From Mobula birostris (lineage: Eukaryota), in NCBI RefSeq assembly GCF_030028105.1, contig NC_092379.1:28017821-28081820 (forward strand): 64,000 bases of DNA, given 5' to 3'. The notes beneath the pieces were generated by a model. It made no database searches, was not told where the DNA came from, and was given only the letters and a program-made list of their open reading frames with translations. The number at the start of each line of letters is the position of its first letter. The stretch's first letter is position 1. Shown here piece by piece: positions 61,370 to 64,000 of this stretch. A program made the position numbers and the translations under genes.

Positions 61370-63916
61370 CTAGATACATGTTCGGCAGAACATTGTGGGC
61401 CGAAGGGCCTGTATAGTGCTGTAGGTTTTCTATGTTTCTATGTTTCTAAGAAAACGCGGAGTCACGATCTATTGTGTTTAACGACAGTTTACGTTCGTGC
61501 TCATACATATAAGGTAAAATTCGCAATATATTTCAACTGACTGCATCTACAAGTCAAAGCACTGCACAATTGACAATATGAATGGCCTTTGCTCTCAGAG
61601 ATATAACAGACAGTTTTGCTGAATTTTCAAAGTTTAAAGCAAAAGTATTATCACATGTCTCACATGCCTCCTTGAGATTCTGGTGCAATTTGTTGTTTTG
61701 CATCAGCAGTGCATAACAATTATGATGCATTACCAAAATAAGTAAATATATAATAAATTATGAAATTAGCAGTACAGAAAGTGAGGGGAGAGATACTAAG
61801 CTTTTGGCTCATTTTCTATTCGGATATCTGACGTCAGATTCCTGAAAAGTTAAGTGTGACGGCATGTCCTGGATGATGGTGACTGGGGAGGAGTCTTCAA
61901 TGAGGCATGCTGTCTCTACGAAATATCACCTTTTGCATGTTTCCTGAATTTGTTTGAGTGTTGTGTCAATGATACTGCAGGCTGACTTTAAAATGTTCTG
62001 CGGTTATTTTGTTTGCGTTTTTTTTTTTTCTCTTCCTGCGCAGTTGCCCCACCATACCAGACAAAGATGCAACCAGTTATAATCGTCCCCGTATATCTTC
62101 AGAAAATACTTTGAGTATTTGATGGCAGACGAATTCTCAAGCCTCCAGTGACATTTAGCCTCTGTCATACCATCTTTTGTAATTGTGCCCAGAATAAATC
62201 CACTGGGCTGTCGAGAGCCACACAGTAGAAACTTCTTAACCTTACCACTTCTGATTTCCAGATAAAGATTGTTATGTGTTCGATCAGCTTCGATTCCTGA
62301 AGTCCAAAATGAATTTTGGTCTTAGTGAGACAAAACTCAAGCAGCTGATCTCTAATGCTTCGTACGCCTCTTCTTCACTATCTGAAATTATGCAAACAAT
62401 ATCTATTTTGCCGTCAGATTTAACGACTGGATTGGAGCTGTCGGAAATCTCACAACTCTGCTTGTAGTAAGGGTCAAGAAGGTATGGTTGAATCGTGGCA
62501 CATTTGATTGTCAGCGACGATGAGATTTTTTTTTTTCTAATTGGTTTACCATTAGGTATTCCGTTTTGGAGATCTAATGCAGTTGCAGGGTAAGGCTTTA
62601 AGAACCGGGTTTTGAGCTTGTTGGTTAAAGCTGAAGAGAGCTGATAGCTGAGAAGAAAGGCATCCCAACACTGATGTTGCGAATACAAAATTAAATATAA
62701 AATGCAAGTCTCCTAGTTCACGATAAAGGGTTGACACAACTGATTGTAATTATTCCCCAGACGTTTCTGTAATATTTCCATTAGCGATAGAGTGCGGTGA
62801 CAATCATGAAGAAATCAAGAAATGTTTCCTTCTGTGCTAACTTGACAATGTTGCAGTTAAGGAATGCATCATTTGAATTCTGTAGAGTATAACAGATATA
62901 ATTGTGCATCAGCAGAATAATCTTGAATGTGTTGATGCCTGGATTTTTTAAATTTGTTTGTCATTAACTATATATTCAAGCCGGCCGAGAAGAAACATAA
63001 ATACCTGCTGAAGCTGTTGTACTTCCGCCTTTACATCATACATTTTTTGAGGTAATACATTACACGAAGAAACACTGCATATGCTTTATAACAGCAGAGC
63101 TCGAGCTCGTTTAGCAGACTCAGCGATGTGCATCATCTTGTGCAAGTGCAATCTAGAAAATGTCTGAGACGAAGATAAAAAATATAAATTTTCCCATTTT
63201 CACTGGTGTGCATGATAACAGGACGAACTGCAAACGCCCCTCCCATCAATTGCCCAGTAAGCAGTATGTGTAAATAATCAGTGGCACTGAAAGGAACTGC
63301 ACAGAATAAACTCTGGGCTTCCTTCAAGCCTCAAAGCCGTCTACACAAATAATCAACGCCACCATATTTTCGATAAATTCTCAAGACATTAAGAGGAAAT
63401 AAAAAAAAAAATCACAGACACCGGTGAGAGAGGAAGAAATGTTGTGCGCCAGAAATTTTAGCCCGTTTCAGCGTTTTTCTGTTAAATCTGATTTCCCTAT
63501 GTTCTGCCTGAAATCGGCCGGAGATATTTACTGCCTGATTTTATCTCCTATTTGGCACACTTACTTCGTAACACTTGCTTTCATATTTCTGGCATTATCT
63601 ACCTCAACTTGCAAGCGCAGTTTGATGACAGTCTTCTCCAAGACGCCCACCAGCTACATTACTTTCGCTCACCGACGAGCGGCACTGTGCAGTTAATGTT
63701 GACAGGCAACGAGTTTACTCCATTGTTCACATATCTTCGCCGGTTGGAAGCTGACCTGTCGAATCCTGCATCACGTTTGAAAGCTGTTTGTCAAGGATTT
63801 GACACTGTTAAATTGCGCTTGAGTTTGGGTGTTTTAGACAGATTTTGCTCTATTTTTTAATCCAACAGTCCGTTCTCACTGGACGATTACAGAATTACAG
63901 AGACGGAGAACGTTAT

Positions 63917-64000
63917 TGTAAAGGTGGATTCCTGCCGCTCCTCATTATTATGTTCCTCTTCGGTAAGTTGTTACTTCATTGTAATAACCGACATCAACCT
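63917..64000 (+). pseudogene. Leader exon and intron start of the paralogue of the 16.2-kb relic V (continues beyond window)
   Basis: ...GFLPLLIIMFLF G|GTAAGT (donor 63963), collinear with 16157-16235; no in-frame ATG nearby. Confidence 0.6.

Larger units (their letters stand above)
58716..61446 (+). mobile_element. CR1 3' fragment orthologous to 10378-11528, interrupted near its end
   Basis: Same 5' truncation point (ATATGGATTTCAGCAA) and same flanks as the V1-cassette copy; TTTCTATG tail. Confidence 0.88.
44760..64000 (+). repeat. V cassette copy III (contains V4 and the relic-family leader)
   Basis: Position 1 corresponds to ~45940; 61780-64000 corresponds to ~14050-16240. Confidence 0.85.

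Noticed and set aside
1-64000. D, J or C segments, NAR-TCR or IgH-like V segments
   Set aside because: I found no 12-RSS with a correctly spaced nonamer, no FGxG J motif next to an RSS, and no C-domain exon; all V segments look TRA/TRD-like.

Overview
This is vertebrate genomic DNA, not prokaryotic; the repeat content suggests a cartilaginous fish, probably a ray (inference). It is part of a T-cell receptor alpha/delta-type variable (V) gene array on the + strand. It holds two intact V segments (V1 9304-9778, V2 38860-39334), each with a leader exon, 126-nt phase-1 intron, Ig-V exon and perfect 23-RSS. It also holds two V pseudogenes of the same subfamily (V3 40824-41304, V4 ~57907-58332), a relic V of a second subfamily (~16157-16672) and that relic's paralogous leader at the window end. 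No D, J or C segments are visible. The V genes lie in diverged tandem cassettes interrupted by CR1, L1, Rex/Babar, Penelope, Gypsy, solo-LTR, SINE and Chapaev-type elements. Two observations stand out. First, a young 4.1-kb non-autonomous Gypsy element nested in an L1 carries an intronless, internally deleted sarcomeric myosin heavy-chain rod fragment, fused in frame to protease/RT remnants in one 571-aa ORF. Second, every surviving V-RSS is followed 20-21 nt later by the same CTCF-like motif, and an oppositely oriented CTCF/E-box-like motif lies ~630-650 nt upstream of each main-family V. Protein and motif matches come from recalled family sequences; no database searches were run.
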